From Alphaproteobacteria bacterium (GTDB lineage Bacteria; Pseudomonadota; Alphaproteobacteria; UBA828): a DNA stretch of 64,000 bases. This document shows positions 19,593-30,783 of the stretch, one piece after another; position 1 is the first letter of the stretch; each line of letters opens with the position of its first letter. A program made the translations under genes and the position numbers. The notes under the pieces were generated by a model. The model did no database searches. It was not told the DNA's origin and saw nothing but the letters and a program-made list of their open reading frames with translations. Where the stretch lies: positions 192,001 through 256,000 of the forward strand of contig CAXXVO010000017.1 in assembly GCA_963422645.2 (NCBI GenBank), written 5' to 3'.

Positions 19593-21194
19593 ATGGTGGA
19601 CAAGAAAACAGAGACTGGAAGAGCAGGAATCGACCGGCGCACGGTTCTCCAGACTGGCGCAGGCGCGCTGGTCGCAGGCGCCGGCGGAGGTCTGATCTCG
19701 TTGCGCGGCCCGCGACGGGCGCATGCATCGGAACCCAAGCGCGGGGGCGTGCTGCGCCTCTCTACTTCGGAGGAGCCGTTCGCACCCGCCTTCGACGTTC
19801 ATCGCATTATCTCGCTGCTGACGCTGCGAATCGGCTACCTGGCCTACAACGGCCTGGTGAACATCGACAGCAACCGCAATGTCGTGCCCGACCTGGCCGA
19901 GTCGTGGGAACAGCCCGACGCGCAGACTTACATCTTCAACCTGCGAACGGGCGTGAAGTTCCACGATGGCACCGACTTCACCGCCGATGACGTCAAGTTC
20001 ACGGTCGAGCGCATCCTCAATCCGGACACGGCGTCTCCCTACGTGGCGGACTTCCAGGAGATCGAGGCGGTGGATGTCCTGTCTTCGCATCAGGTGCGGA
20101 TGCGCATGAAGCGGCCGTTCTCACCTCAGCTCGCCAACTTCCGGCGTTCGATTTCCCCCATCATCTCGCCGACTGCGATCGAGAAGCACATGGCGACCGA
20201 CCCGCTCAAGGGCTCCATCGGCACGGGCCCGTTTAAGTTCGTTTCCTACACGCGCGGCGACAAGGTGGTGCTCGAGCGCAACGACGACTATTGGGGTGGG
20301 CCGGCTTACCTCGACGGGATCGAGGTTCATATCATCCCCGAGCAATCGACGGCGCTGGCGGCGCTGCAGACCGGCGGCCTCGACTACATGATGCAAACCA
20401 ATCCGGAATTCGCCGGCCAGATCAGATCGAACCCGGACCTCAAGCTGCTGACGACGCCCTCGCCGATCTGGGATTACGTCGCCTACAACGTCGAGCGCGA
20501 GCCCTTCACCGACAAGCGCGTGCGGCAGGCCTTCTCCATGGCCTTCGACCGCGAGGGCATCGCACACGGGATCTACAAGGGCCTCGCGGTGGCGGCCCAT
20601 CACGCGCTCTCGCCTGCCTTCGGGGCTTACCATCGCGAGAACGCCGACATCCCCTACCAGTACTACGATCCCGACCATGCCAGGACGCTGCTGGAGGAGG
20701 CCGGGTTCGACTTCGACCAGACCATCCGCTTCGACACCTTCACCGAACGCCCGTGGGGCCTTGTCGGCGAGGCCTGTGCCGCGCAGCTCACCGCCATCGG
20801 CATCAAGCTCGAGATCGTCAAGCCGGACTTCAACACCTTTGCCGCCTACTTCTACGGCACGAAGGACTACTGGATCGGCAATTCCTCCTGGACGGGAGGC
20901 GGGGTAGACCCCGACGCCTTGATGTACAAGCAGCTCGTGACCGACGAAATCTACAATGTCGGCAACTACTCGAACGCCGAGGTCGACGACCTCCTCCAGC
21001 GGGCCCGCAGCGAGATCGACATTCCGACGCGTGCCGATCTCTACAACCAGGCGAACCGCATCTGCATGGAGGAATGCCCGGTCGCGTTTCTCGTCTTCCC
21101 CAACCTTGTGGAGGGCATGCGCAAGGACGTGATCGGCTACCGGTTCCGCGACGAGTTTGCGGGACCGATGGACGAGTGCTGGCTGGATCGCTGA
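19593..21194 (+). CDS. Peptide/nickel ABC transporter substrate-binding protein with Tat signal
   Basis: DRRTVL twin-arginine motif; PDLAESW, LRTGVKFHDG, IGTGPFK. Confidence 0.92.
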   Translation: MVDKKTETGRAGIDRRTVLQTGAGALVAGAGGGLISLRGPRRAHASEPKRGGVLRLSTSEEPFAPAFDVHRIISLLTLRIGYLAYNGLVNIDSNRNVVPDLAESWEQPDAQTYIFNLRTGVKFHDGTDFTADDVKFTVERILNPDTASPYVADFQEIEAVDVLSSHQVRMRMKRPFSPQLANFRRSISPIISPTAIEKHMATDPLKGSIGTGPFKFVSYTRGDKVVLERNDDYWGGPAYLDGIEVHIIPEQSTALAALQTGGLDYMMQTNPEFAGQIRSNPDLKLLTTPSPIWDYVAYNVEREPFTDKRVRQAFSMAFDREGIAHGIYKGLAVAAHHALSPAFGAYHRENADIPYQYYDPDHARTLLEEAGFDFDQTIRFDTFTERPWGLVGEACAAQLTAIGIKLEIVKPDFNTFAAYFYGTKDYWIGNSSWTGGGVDPDALMYKQLVTDEIYNVGNYSNAEVDDLLQRARSEIDIPTRADLYNQANRICMEECPVAFLVFPNLVEGMRKDVIGYRFRDEFAGPMDECWLDR

Positions 21195-21243
21195 GCGCGC
21201 GGGGGAGGGGCGCTCGTTCTACCGTCGATGGCTGCCGGGTTTG

Positions 21244-22251
21244 ATGGTTCGTGTCCGACGCTCGGGAGCGCTTCGGAATCTGACCATTAGCCCGTTGCAC
21301 CTGCGGTTCCTGGTTACGAGGCTCGTCTGGACGATCTTCGTTCTCGTCGGGGCGAGCCTCGTCATCTTCTTCATCCTGCATGTGGTGCCGGGCGATCCGG
21401 CGCGGGCGATGCTTGGGCCTCTCGGCACGCCTGATGCGATCGAGACACTACGGCGCGATCTCGGCCTCGATCAGCCCCTGGTGCACCAGTACTACCTGTG
21501 GATCACACGGGCGCTGTCGGGCGACCTCGGCCGCTCGATCCTGCTCAGTCAGAGCGTCGCCAGCCTGATCGGCGAGCGCCTTCAGGTCACGCTCATCCTC
21601 AGCGGCTATGCCCTGGTCTTCGCCATCCTGATCGCGATCCCGGTGAGCATCATTTCGGCGACGCGGCGCAACACGCTCGCCGACTATGCCGGACGCTTCA
21701 TTGCGCTGGTCGGCCTGACGATGCCGGGCTTTTGGCTCGGCCTCATGCTGATATTGCTCTTCGGAGTCAATCTTCGCGTCCTGCCGGTCTTCGGCTACGT
21801 GGCGCCCGGCGAGGATTTCATCCAGCACCTGCGGCACATCGTGCTGCCGGCGATCGCGCTGGGCGCTGCCTACTCCGCGCTCATCATGGAGATGAACCGC
21901 TCGAGTCTGATCGAGATTCTTGAGCAGGACTACATCCGCACCGCACGGGCCGGCGGGCTGCGGGAACGTCGCGTGCTGATGAAATACGCGATGCGGAATG
22001 CGCTCATACCGACGATCACGGTGATCGGAATTCAGATCGGCTATCTCATGAGCGGCGCGCTGGTGGTCGAGGCGGTGTTCGCCATACCGGGTATGGGGCG
22101 GCTGCTAGTGAATGCGGTGCTCTCCCGCGACTACCCGTTGGTACAGGGCTGCATGCTGGTCACGGTGTTGATCTTCGTCGTCGCCAACCTCACCGTCGAT
22201 ATGCTTTACACCGTGATCGACCCACGCGTCCGGCTTGGCCGGCGTACCTGA
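21244..22251 (+). CDS. ABC permease, DppB/OppB-like (start uncertain)
   Basis: VPGDPA, GDLGRS, DYIRTARAGGL, VEAVFAIPGMG. Confidence 0.9.
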   Translation: MVRVRRSGALRNLTISPLHLRFLVTRLVWTIFVLVGASLVIFFILHVVPGDPARAMLGPLGTPDAIETLRRDLGLDQPLVHQYYLWITRALSGDLGRSILLSQSVASLIGERLQVTLILSGYALVFAILIAIPVSIISATRRNTLADYAGRFIALVGLTMPGFWLGLMLILLFGVNLRVLPVFGYVAPGEDFIQHLRHIVLPAIALGAAYSALIMEMNRSSLIEILEQDYIRTARAGGLRERRVLMKYAMRNALIPTITVIGIQIGYLMSGALVVEAVFAIPGMGRLLVNAVLSRDYPLVQGCMLVTVLIFVVANLTVDMLYTVIDPRVRLGRRT

Positions 22252-22264
22252 AGAGATCGGGCGC

Positions 22265-23101
22265 ATGCTTCACTCCCTCGCCCAGGAAATGCGCCAGAAT
22301 CCGCTTCTGGTGGCGTCGCTCATCGTGTTCGCCATCTACATCTTTGTCGGCGCCGCTGCGCCCGTCCTCGCGCCCTATGACCCGAACATCCAGAATTTGC
22401 GGGCTACGCTCGCGCCGCCCACCTCTCTTAATCTTCTGGGGGCCGACGAGTACGGGCGCGACCTGCTGAGCCGGCTCATCTACGGCACGCGCTCGTCGAT
22501 GATCGTCGGCGCCGCCGTGGTTGTGTGCTCGGCACTCATCGGCATGGTGCTTGGCATACTCTCGGGCTACCGGGGCGGCTTCCTCGACGACCTCATCATG
22601 CGCTCGTCCGACGTCATGATGGCGTTCCCCTTTCTGGTTCTCGCCCTCGGCCTCATCGCCGCGCTCGGTGCCGGGCTGGGCAGCACGATCATCGCGCTGA
22701 CGGCCGCCTTCGCCCCGATCTACGTGCGTATCGTGCGCGGCTGCGTTCTTCAGATCCGTCAGGAGGCCTATGTCGACGCCGCCCGGATTATGGGCGTAGG
22801 CGCGGCACGCATTGCGCTACGCCACGTCGTACCCAACGTGATGGGGCCGGTGCTGGTGCAGGGGGCGCTGACTTTTGCATTTGCGGTGCTGGCCGAGGCC
22901 AGTCTCAGCTTTGTCGGTCTCGGAATACCGCCGCCCGACGCTTCATTCGGCAACATCATCGCGGCGGGTCGCGACTACATCGCCCAGGCCTGGTGGATAT
23001 CCACCCTGGCTGGGGTTTCGATCGTCATTGTCGTGCTTGCGCTGCTCGTCATCGCCGACGGAATGCGCGACGCGATCGATCCCTACCAGCACAGGCTCTG
23101 A
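22265..23101 (+). CDS. ABC permease, DppC/OppC-like
   Basis: LGADEYGRDLLSRLIYG, EAYVDAARIMG, EASLSFVGLG. Confidence 0.9.
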   Translation: MLHSLAQEMRQNPLLVASLIVFAIYIFVGAAAPVLAPYDPNIQNLRATLAPPTSLNLLGADEYGRDLLSRLIYGTRSSMIVGAAVVVCSALIGMVLGILSGYRGGFLDDLIMRSSDVMMAFPFLVLALGLIAALGAGLGSTIIALTAAFAPIYVRIVRGCVLQIRQEAYVDAARIMGVGAARIALRHVVPNVMGPVLVQGALTFAFAVLAEASLSFVGLGIPPPDASFGNIIAAGRDYIAQAWWISTLAGVSIVIVVLALLVIADGMRDAIDPYQHRL

Positions 23102-23108
23102 GGCCGGT

Positions 23109-24001
23109 ATGACATTGCTGATGGTCCGCGGTCTTCGCACCCATATCCCGACGCGCCACGGGGTCTTGCGAGCGGTCGACGGAATCGACCTCAGCATCGA
23201 TGCGGGCGAGATCGTCGGCCTGGTCGGTGAGAGCGGCTGCGGCAAGACGATGGCCGCCTACTCCATTTTGGGGCTGGTGCCGCGCCCGGCGACTGTCGTG
23301 GACGGTCAGATCATGTTTCAGGGCGAAGACCTGCGCGGCAAGAGCCCGGAACAGCTGCGGCAATTGCGCGGTTCGGCCCTCTCGATGGTGTTCCAGGAGC
23401 CGCTGACGGCGCTCAATCCACTGTTCTCCGTTGGCACGCAGCTCCGCGATGTGCTGGTCCAGCATCAGCGGCTCTCGCCGCGTGCCGTGCGCGCGCGCAT
23501 CCACGAGCTGCTCGACCATGTCGGCATTCCCGAGCCCCGCCATGTGGCCAGGACCCATCCGTTCCAGCTCAGCGGCGGCATGCGGCAGCGCGTGCTGATC
23601 GCGATGGCTATCGCCTGCGGGCCGCGTCTCGTGATCGCCGACGAGCCAACGACAGCGCTCGACACGACGATCCAGGCGCAGATCCTCGATCTCCTGCGTC
23701 GGCTCGTGGAGGAAGATCACATCGCGCTGCTACTCATCACCCATGACCTCGGCGTCATCGCCGAGATGTGCCAGCGCGTCTACGTGATGTATGCCGGCGA
23801 GATCGTCGAGCACGCGCCGGTGCGCGACCTCTTCGCCTCCTCCCTTCACCCCTATTCCGACGCCCTCCTGCGCTGCACGCCGGCGCTGGCGGACCGGGAC
23901 CGGGAGCTCGAGAGCATCGAGGGAATCGTTCCCGACGCGATTGGGCCTGCAGACCATTGCGCGTTCGCCGATCGCTGCCCCCATGCCGCGTCGCGCCCGA
24001 G
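23109..24001 (+). pseudogene. ABC ATPase, DppD-like, C-terminus cut by IS21
   Basis: [22 protein letters not shown]; ends at CAFADRCPHA and reads into the IS. Confidence 0.88.
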
Positions 24002-24203
24002 TGTCAATCGGCTTTCAATACTGACCCCCGATCGGCGTGCAAAATTGACCCCCCTGAGTGGCACGGCGGAGGTTGTCCCGGTAGCCAATAGGGGGGACCC
24101 GCGCGGCTTCGTGTGGCGCCCTGCGCTACGCGGAGCGAAGCCGCGTGGGGGGTCCCTGTTGGCCCACCGGGGCAACCGGGCCGCAAGGGAGGCCGGCGGC
24201 GGG

Positions 24204-24932
24204 TCAGGAGCGGTTCTTGAAGCGCCAGCTCTCGTTGCCGGTCTCGATGATCTCGCAATGATGGGTGAGGCGATCGAGCAGCGCTGTGGTCATCTTGGGG
24301 TCGCCGAAGACGGATGGCCATTCGCCGAAGGCGAGGTTTGTGGTGATGACGATCGAGGTGCGCTCGTAGAGCCGGCTCATCAGATGGAAGAGCAGCTGCC
24401 CACCGGCCTGGGCGAAGGGCAGGTAGCCGAGCTCGTCGAGGATGACGAAGTCGCGGCGGACGAGCTGGTCTGCAGTGCGGCCCTGGCGTCCGGCGCGAAG
24501 CTCGGCCTCGAGGAGGTTGACCAGGTCGACGACGTTGTAGCACCGGCCGCGCGCGCCCTTGCGGATGCAGGACCGCGCGATGGCGACGGCGAGATGGGTC
24601 TTGCCGGTACCGGTGCCGCCGACCAGCACGATGTTGCGTTTGCCCTCGAGGAAGCCGCCGCCGGCGAGCTCCTGGATCAGGGGCTCGTTGACCGGCGAGG
24701 CGGCGAAGTCGAAGTCGGCCAGCTCCTTGACCGTCGGCAGCTTGGCGGAGGCCATCTGGTACTTGATCGAGCGGGCCCTCTTGTCGGCGATCTCGACCTG
24801 CAGCAGCGTACCGATGATCTGTTGCACCGGATGGCGGCGCTTGAGCCCGTCGGCAAGGATGTCGTCGTAAGCGGCGCGCATACCTGCGAGCTTCAGCTGG
24901 GTCATCATCTCCAGCACATCATGACGCTCCAT
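24204..24932 (-). CDS. istB: IstB ATPase
   Basis: Same protein as copy 1. Confidence 0.95.
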   Translation of the reverse strand: MERHDVLEMMTQLKLAGMRAAYDDILADGLKRRHPVQQIIGTLLQVEIADKRARSIKYQMASAKLPTVKELADFDFAASPVNEPLIQELAGGGFLEGKRNIVLVGGTGTGKTHLAVAIARSCIRKGARGRCYNVVDLVNLLEAELRAGRQGRTADQLVRRDFVILDELGYLPFAQAGGQLLFHLMSRLYERTSIVITTNLAFGEWPSVFGDPKMTTALLDRLTHHCEIIETGNESWRFKNRS

Positions 24933-26433
24933 GACCGGCCTCCCTCAGGCTGTCGTAGCGCTGACAGTCGGCTACCGGCTTGTGGCGAAGCTGCAGGCCC
25001 TCGGGCGTCGGGATGATTGCCGGCGGTGCCGGCTGGCGCTGCCGGGCGAGGATGTTGAGCACCACGTCGGCGCTGCAGGCACCGCAGTCGAGCGTCTCGG
25101 CACAGGCCGCCTCAACCGCCTCCAGTCCGTCCTCCAGCACCGCCGCGAGCACCTTGACGAACTGCCGGTCGCCGTCGTCGTGGCCCGCGAGCCGGGTTCG
25201 CAGGCGGCCGAGCGCGTTGGGCAACTGCCAGTCCTTGAAGGGCGCGCCATTGCGTAGCGCGCCGGGCTTCCGCGTCAGGATCGGCACGTAATGCCACGGA
25301 TCGTAGACGAACCGGCCGCGCCCGAAGCTGCGGGGGTGCTCGGCAACGGTCTCGCCGTCCTGGCGGATGACGATCCGATCGGCATAGGCCCGCACGTCCA
25401 CCGGCCGGCCGACGGCGCGGGCCGCGACGCTGTACTGGTTGTTGTCGAAGCGCACCAGACAGGTCTTCGAGACCGACACCTCGCTGGCATGGAAGCCGTC
25501 GAAGGGGCCGCGATACGCCATCAGGAAGGGCTGCTCCTCCTCGAACACCTGCCACACCGTCTTGCCCGGGATTGTCGGATGCGGATGCTTCTTGGCGTCC
25601 TCGATGCACCGATCCATCAGCCACTCGTTGATCTCGGCGTAGGAGCGGCCCCGCGGGATGGGCACGAACAGGCGGCCGCGAAGGTCACCCACCTGCTTCT
25701 CGACCTGCCCCTTCTCCCAGCCAGCCCCTGGCGTGCACGCCACAGGCTCCACCAGATGGTGCGAGCACAGCTCCTGGAAGCGGCGGTTGTAGTCCCGCTT
25801 CTTGCCCACGAAGATCGTGCTCACCGCCGTCTTCATGTTGTCGTAGATGCCCCGCCGGCAGACCCCGCCGAAGAAGCGGAAGGCACGCTCGTGCGCCTCG
25901 AAGACCATCTCCTGGCTCTCGCGGGGAAAGATCTGGACCAGATACATCCGGCTGTGGCACAGCCGCATGTGCGCCGCCTTCACCCTGGTCGTCGCGCCCG
26001 ACAGACGCGCGTACTCGTGGCTCCAGTCGAACTGGTAGGCCTCGCCGGGATCGAAGATCAGCGGCACATAGGCCTGCGCCGGCGACAACAGCCGCCACCG
26101 GCGCCGCCAGGCCCTGGCATAGCGGCGAACCGCGTCATAGCCGCCCTTGTAGCCCAGCGACACAAGGTCTTCATGAATCCGCAGAAGAGACAGCCGATCC
26201 TTGCGTGCCTTCTTCTCGTTGGCCTTCAGCTGGCGCTCAAGCTCCTCCACCCACAGCCCAAGCTTCGGCATCGGCTGGATCTTGCGCTCGTAGCTGTGCG
26301 AGGTCGCATCGCCCCGCACCACCTTGCGTATCGTGTTCTTGGAAACCCTCAAATCCCGGGCGAGCTTCTTGATCGGAACGCCCTTCACCAGATGATCCCG
26401 ACGGATCTTCGCGATCGTTTCCACAACCAGCAT
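24919..26433 (-). CDS. istA: IstA transposase
   Basis: Same protein as copy 1. Confidence 0.95.
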   Translation of the reverse strand: MLVVETIAKIRRDHLVKGVPIKKLARDLRVSKNTIRKVVRGDATSHSYERKIQPMPKLGLWVEELERQLKANEKKARKDRLSLLRIHEDLVSLGYKGGYDAVRRYARAWRRRWRLLSPAQAYVPLIFDPGEAYQFDWSHEYARLSGATTRVKAAHMRLCHSRMYLVQIFPRESQEMVFEAHERAFRFFGGVCRRGIYDNMKTAVSTIFVGKKRDYNRRFQELCSHHLVEPVACTPGAGWEKGQVEKQVGDLRGRLFVPIPRGRSYAEINEWLMDRCIEDAKKHPHPTIPGKTVWQVFEEEQPFLMAYRGPFDGFHASEVSVSKTCLVRFDNNQYSVAARAVGRPVDVRAYADRIVIRQDGETVAEHPRSFGRGRFVYDPWHYVPILTRKPGALRNGAPFKDWQLPNALGRLRTRLAGHDDGDRQFVKVLAAVLEDGLEAVEAACAETLDCGACSADVVLNILARQRQPAPPAIIPTPEGLQLRHKPVADCQRYDSLREAGHGAS

Positions 26434-26552
26434 CTCCCCCACCACCCCGTCCGTCCAAACGACGAGGTGTGTTCATGGACACAAATCCAAGGGGGTCAAT
26501 TTTGGACGCCGATCACCCCCAATAGGGGGTCACTTTTCCACGCTTAACAACA

Positions 26553-26999
26553 ACCAAGCTGCAGGAGGGCGAATGGCACCTGCATGCGGTGCTGTTCCTG
26601 CTCTGCCTCGGCTTCGCTTACCTCAAGAACGCCCATGTGCGGATCAGCCTGGTGCACGAGCGCTTCAGCCCCACCACGCAGCGCTGGATCGAGTTCATCG
26701 GCTGCCTGGTCTTCGCCATTCCATACTGCGCCATCGTTTTCTATTTCGCGATCGACTTCGTGGAACGCTCCTGGGCCGTGGGCGAGGCCTCGGATTCCGC
26801 GACCGGCCTGCCCTATCGCTGGGCGATCAAGGCCTTCCTGCCGGCCGGAATGCTCCTCCTGGGCTTGGCTTCGATCGCTGTCCTGCTGCGCAAGTTCATC
26901 GAGTTGTTCGGCTCGCCCGAGCACCGTCGCGCCTTGAGCGACGAGGGCGCGGAAGAGCCGGAAGGGCCCGACCCGGTCGTCCCAGGTCGGGAACAGTAG
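26553..26999 (+). pseudogene. TRAP small permease (DctQ), N-terminally truncated
   Basis: LQEGEWHLHAVLFLLCLGFAYLKNAHVRI begins at the IS end; precedes dctM. Confidence 0.8.
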
Positions 27000-27002
27000 G
27001 GC

Positions 27003-28367
27003 ATGTTCTATATCGAGGACTACCTGCCGGCGTTCATGTTCGGAGCGCTGGCGATCCTGCTGTTCTCGGGCTTTCCCGTCGGCTTCGTCCTCGGCGGCGT
27101 GGCGCTGGCCTTCGGCTTTCTCGGTGCCGCACTCGACGTCTTCCATGTCATCCAATTTTTCAACCTGCCGCTCCGCATCTGGGGCATCGGCGACAATCTG
27201 GTGCTGGTGGCGATCCCCATGTTCATCTTCATGGGCACGATGCTGGAACGATCCGGCGTCGCCGCCGATCTGCTCTATTGCCTCCAGGTCCTGTTAAGGC
27301 GGACTCCGGGCGGGCTCGCGCTTGCGGTCACGGTGATGGGCACGATCCTCGCCGCGACCACCGGCATCATCGGTGCCTCGGTGGTGATGATCAGCCTGAT
27401 GGCGCTGCCGGTCATGCTGCAGCGCAAGTACAACATGGAGCTCGCCACCGGCACGATCGCCTCGTCGGGCACGCTCGGCATCCTGATTCCACCCAGCATC
27501 ATGCTGGTCATCATGGCCGACCTGCTGGGCCGCTCGGTCGGCACGCTCTTCGTCGCGGCGGTGTTCCCCGGCCTGATGCTGGCGGGCCTCTACTTCATCT
27601 ACATCTTCACGCTATGCCGCTTCAAACCGCACCTCGCGCCGCCGCTGCCCAAGGAGATTGGGCCGAAGAACAATCGCGAGCTCATCATCCTGATACTGCG
27701 GGGATTCATCCCGGCCGTCTTCCTCATCCTGCTGGTACTGGGCTCGATCGTGCTGGGCTGGGCGACCCCGACCGAAGCGGCGGGCGTCGGCGCCTTCGGT
27801 GCGGTGCTGCTGGCGCTCATCAACCGCAAGTTTTCGTGGAAGATGCTGCGCGACGTGGTCGAGCGCACGGCGCTCACCAACGGCATGCTCTTCTTCATCT
27901 TCGTTGGCGCGACGGCCTTCTCATACGTGTTCCGCTCGCTCGGCGGCGACCAGCTGATCGAGGATGTCGTCTATTCGGTCGGCGTTGGGCCCTGGGGAAT
28001 CCTGGTCGTCCTCATGTTGGTGACCTTCCTTCTCGGATTCTTCTTCGATTGGATCGAGATCACGCTGATCGTGCTGCCGGTGTTCGCGCCGATCTTGGCG
28101 GGCCTCGACTTCGGCGAGCACGTGCCCAAGCTCGAAGTGATTTACTGGTTCTCGATCCTAATGGCGGTGAATCTACAGACCTCGTTCCTGACACCGCCCT
28201 TCGGCTTCGCCCTCTTCTACATGAAGGGCGTCGCCCCGCCCGAAGTGCGCATTCAGCAGATCTACCGCGGCATCATCCCCTTTGTGATCCTGCAGCTGAT
28301 CGGGCTCGGGCTCGTGATCGCCTTCCCCGAGATCGCCATGTGGCTGCCCCGCACGGTGCTCGATTGA
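27003..28367 (+). CDS. TRAP transporter large permease DctM
   Basis: AIPMFIFMG, SGTLGILIPPSI, ATPTEAA, TPPFG. Confidence 0.93.
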   Translation: MFYIEDYLPAFMFGALAILLFSGFPVGFVLGGVALAFGFLGAALDVFHVIQFFNLPLRIWGIGDNLVLVAIPMFIFMGTMLERSGVAADLLYCLQVLLRRTPGGLALAVTVMGTILAATTGIIGASVVMISLMALPVMLQRKYNMELATGTIASSGTLGILIPPSIMLVIMADLLGRSVGTLFVAAVFPGLMLAGLYFIYIFTLCRFKPHLAPPLPKEIGPKNNRELIILILRGFIPAVFLILLVLGSIVLGWATPTEAAGVGAFGAVLLALINRKFSWKMLRDVVERTALTNGMLFFIFVGATAFSYVFRSLGGDQLIEDVVYSVGVGPWGILVVLMLVTFLLGFFFDWIEITLIVLPVFAPILAGLDFGEHVPKLEVIYWFSILMAVNLQTSFLTPPFGFALFYMKGVAPPEVRIQQIYRGIIPFVILQLIGLGLVIAFPEIAMWLPRTVLD

Positions 28368-28463
28368 GGCCAAGGCAAGCCCCGCCCAATACAGCGGACT
28401 GCGAATAACTCGCTGCATTCTTGAAGTACGTGAGGTTGACCGCGGCTCGACCGCCGCGCGCGA

Positions 28464-29858
28464 TTAGACGACGACCACCTTCCCCGGATTCATCAGGTTG
28501 TGGGGGTCGACCGTCCGCTTGATGGTGCGCATCAGGTCGACCGCGCCGGCGCCGTGCTCGATCTCAAGATAGTCCAGCTTGCCGCAGCCGATGCCGTGCT
28601 CGCCCGTGCTGGTGCCGCCCATCGCGAGCGCGCGGTCGATCATGCGCTCGTTGAGGCGCTTCGCCTCCGCCATCTCGGCCGGATCCTCCGGGTCGATCAG
28701 GAAGCAGACGTGGAAGTTGCCGTCCCCCACGTGGCCCACGATCGGCGCGAGCAGGGGCGACGTATCGAGTTCCTTCTTGGTCTCGATCAGGCATTCGGCG
28801 AGGCGGGAAATCGGCACGCAGACGTCGGTCGCCCAACCCTTCTTGCCTGGTTGCAGCGCGAGGCAGGCGTAATAGACATCGTGCCGCGCTTGCCAGAGCG
28901 CGTTCCGTTCCTCCGGCTTGGTCGCCCAGCGGAAGTCGGAACCGCCGAACTCCTCGACGATCTCGCGCACCTGCTCCACCTGCTCAGCGACGCCCTGTTC
29001 GGTGCCGTGGAACTCGAAGAAGAGCGTGTCCTTGGGCGCGTAGTCGAGCTTCGAGAACTTGTTGCAGGCGTCCATCTGAATGTCGTCGAGCAGCTCCACG
29101 CGGGCGATCGGGATGCCCGACTGGATGGTCAGGATCACCGTGTTGACCGCCGCTTCCAGCGAGGGGAAGGAGCACACCGCTGCCGAGATCGCCTCGGGGA
29201 TGCCGTAGAGCTTGAGCGTGATCTCGGTCATCACGCCGAGCGTCCCCTCGGAGCCGACGAAGAGCCTCGTCAGGTCGTAGCCTGCCGCCGACTTGCGGGC
29301 GCGCCCGCCGGTCGTGATGATCTGCCCGTCGGGCAGCACCACGGTGAGGCCCAGCACGTTCTCCTTCAGCGTGCCGTAGCGCACGGCGTTGGTGCCGGAG
29401 GCACGCGTCGCGGTCATGCCGCCGAGCGTCGCGTCCGCTCCAGGATCGATAGGGAAGAAGAGCCCGGTATCGCGCAGGTATGTGTTGAGCTGCTTGCGCG
29501 TGACGCCGGCCTGGACGGTGACATCGAGGTCCTCCTGGCTCACCCGGAGAACCTTGTTCATCCGCCCCATGTCGAGGGTGACCCCGCCCTCCAGCGCGCA
29601 GACATTGCCTTCGACCGAGGTGCCCACCCCGTAGGGGACCATGGGCACGCCGTGCGCGGCGCAGATGCGGACGATCTCGGCAACCTCCTCCGTCGTCTCG
29701 GGGAAGGCCACCGCATCCGGCGGGCGCGGCGCGTGATAAGTCTCGCCGGTCGCGTGATGCTCGCATACCGCGCGCGAGGTCGAGAGCCGGTCACCCAAGA
29801 GAGCGCCGAGCTCGTCGACCGCGCTTTGTGTGTCTGTGGTCTTCAGAACCGTAGCCAT
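28464..29858 (-). CDS. FAD-linked D-lactate dehydrogenase (cytochrome)-like oxidase
   Basis: FPIDPGADATLGGM, GSEGTLG, GHVGDGNFH, GEHGIG. Confidence 0.9.
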   Translation of the reverse strand: MATVLKTTDTQSAVDELGALLGDRLSTSRAVCEHHATGETYHAPRPPDAVAFPETTEEVAEIVRICAAHGVPMVPYGVGTSVEGNVCALEGGVTLDMGRMNKVLRVSQEDLDVTVQAGVTRKQLNTYLRDTGLFFPIDPGADATLGGMTATRASGTNAVRYGTLKENVLGLTVVLPDGQIITTGGRARKSAAGYDLTRLFVGSEGTLGVMTEITLKLYGIPEAISAAVCSFPSLEAAVNTVILTIQSGIPIARVELLDDIQMDACNKFSKLDYAPKDTLFFEFHGTEQGVAEQVEQVREIVEEFGGSDFRWATKPEERNALWQARHDVYYACLALQPGKKGWATDVCVPISRLAECLIETKKELDTSPLLAPIVGHVGDGNFHVCFLIDPEDPAEMAEAKRLNERMIDRALAMGGTSTGEHGIGCGKLDYLEIEHGAGAVDLMRTIKRTVDPHNLMNPGKVVVV

Positions 29859-29889
29859 GGCAGCACTATAACGTGCAGCGCCGACAACG

Positions 29890-30660
29890 CTACCGGCGGT
29901 ATGAGGGGTCCTCCCGGTCGAGCCGGCGCAGCAGGGCCTCGAATCCGATCCTGGCCCATTCCACGTTACCGGTCCCCTGGCCGACCGAGGCTGTGCGCTC
30001 GATGACCGACTTCGGCGGCAGAACCGGCTTTCCGCCCGCCTGGGCTGCGATCTGGATTTCGCAGGTACGCTCCAAGTAGTGCATCAGCGTAAACGCCTCG
30101 GCGATGGAGCGCCCCCAGGTCAACGTGCCGTGGTTGCGCAGGAACATCATCCGCTTGTCACCCAGGTCGCGGACCAGGGTCCTCTGCTCGGCGGGCCTGA
30201 GGCCGGGGCCGTCACAGTCGTGATAGGCGATCCGGCCAGCGTGGGTGATCGCGAACTGGTTGATCGGCAGCAGCCCGTCCTTCTGCGCCGAGACGGCGAC
30301 GCCCGGCACCGTGTGCAGGTGCATCACGCTCTCCGCCTCCGGCACTGCCTCGAAGACGGTCCGGTGCACCACCCAGCCCGCCGGGTTGACCTCGCCCGGT
30401 GTCTTGCCGACGTTTTGGCCCTCGATGTCCACGGTCATCAGGCTCGATGCGGTCACCTCGTCGAAGAGCTGGCCGAACCCGATGAAGAGGTAGCGGTCGC
30501 GCTTGTCGGGAATCCGCACCGAGAGGTGGGTGTAGATCAGATCGTCCATGCCGCGCCGGTAGAACATGCGATAGCAGGCGGCGAGTTCGCGCCTGGCGTG
30601 CGTCTCGGCGCGCGAGCGGCGCGTCTTCCGTGTTGCCCTTGCACCCCCGTTTTGCGCCAT
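29890..30660 (-). CDS. Class II aldolase/adducin family protein
   Basis: DDLIYTHLS, VMHLHT, LRNHG; GGAGG RBS before the ATG at 30660. Confidence 0.88.
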   Translation of the reverse strand: MAQNGGARATRKTRRSRAETHARRELAACYRMFYRRGMDDLIYTHLSVRIPDKRDRYLFIGFGQLFDEVTASSLMTVDIEGQNVGKTPGEVNPAGWVVHRTVFEAVPEAESVMHLHTVPGVAVSAQKDGLLPINQFAITHAGRIAYHDCDGPGLRPAEQRTLVRDLGDKRMMFLRNHGTLTWGRSIAEAFTLMHYLERTCEIQIAAQAGGKPVLPPKSVIERTASVGQGTGNVEWARIGFEALLRRLDREDPSYRR

Positions 30661-30783
30661 GTCGTCGTTCCTCCCCGGCACAATCAGAATAGCACGACCG
30701 GCGTCGCGCCCGGCGTTGCTGCGACTCGAGAATAGCCAGTATGACGGGAGACGGATTCCAGTATGGCGCGGTGCGATGAGGTG

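Larger units (their letters stand above)
24002..26552 (-). mobile_element. IS21-family element, copy 2
   Basis: Same ends and ORFs as 2729-5279 (offset 21273); no TSD. Confidence 0.95.

Noticed and set aside
22875-25016. 713-aa ABC ATPase fusion ORF
   Set aside because: It is readthrough of truncated dppD into the antisense strand of istB.
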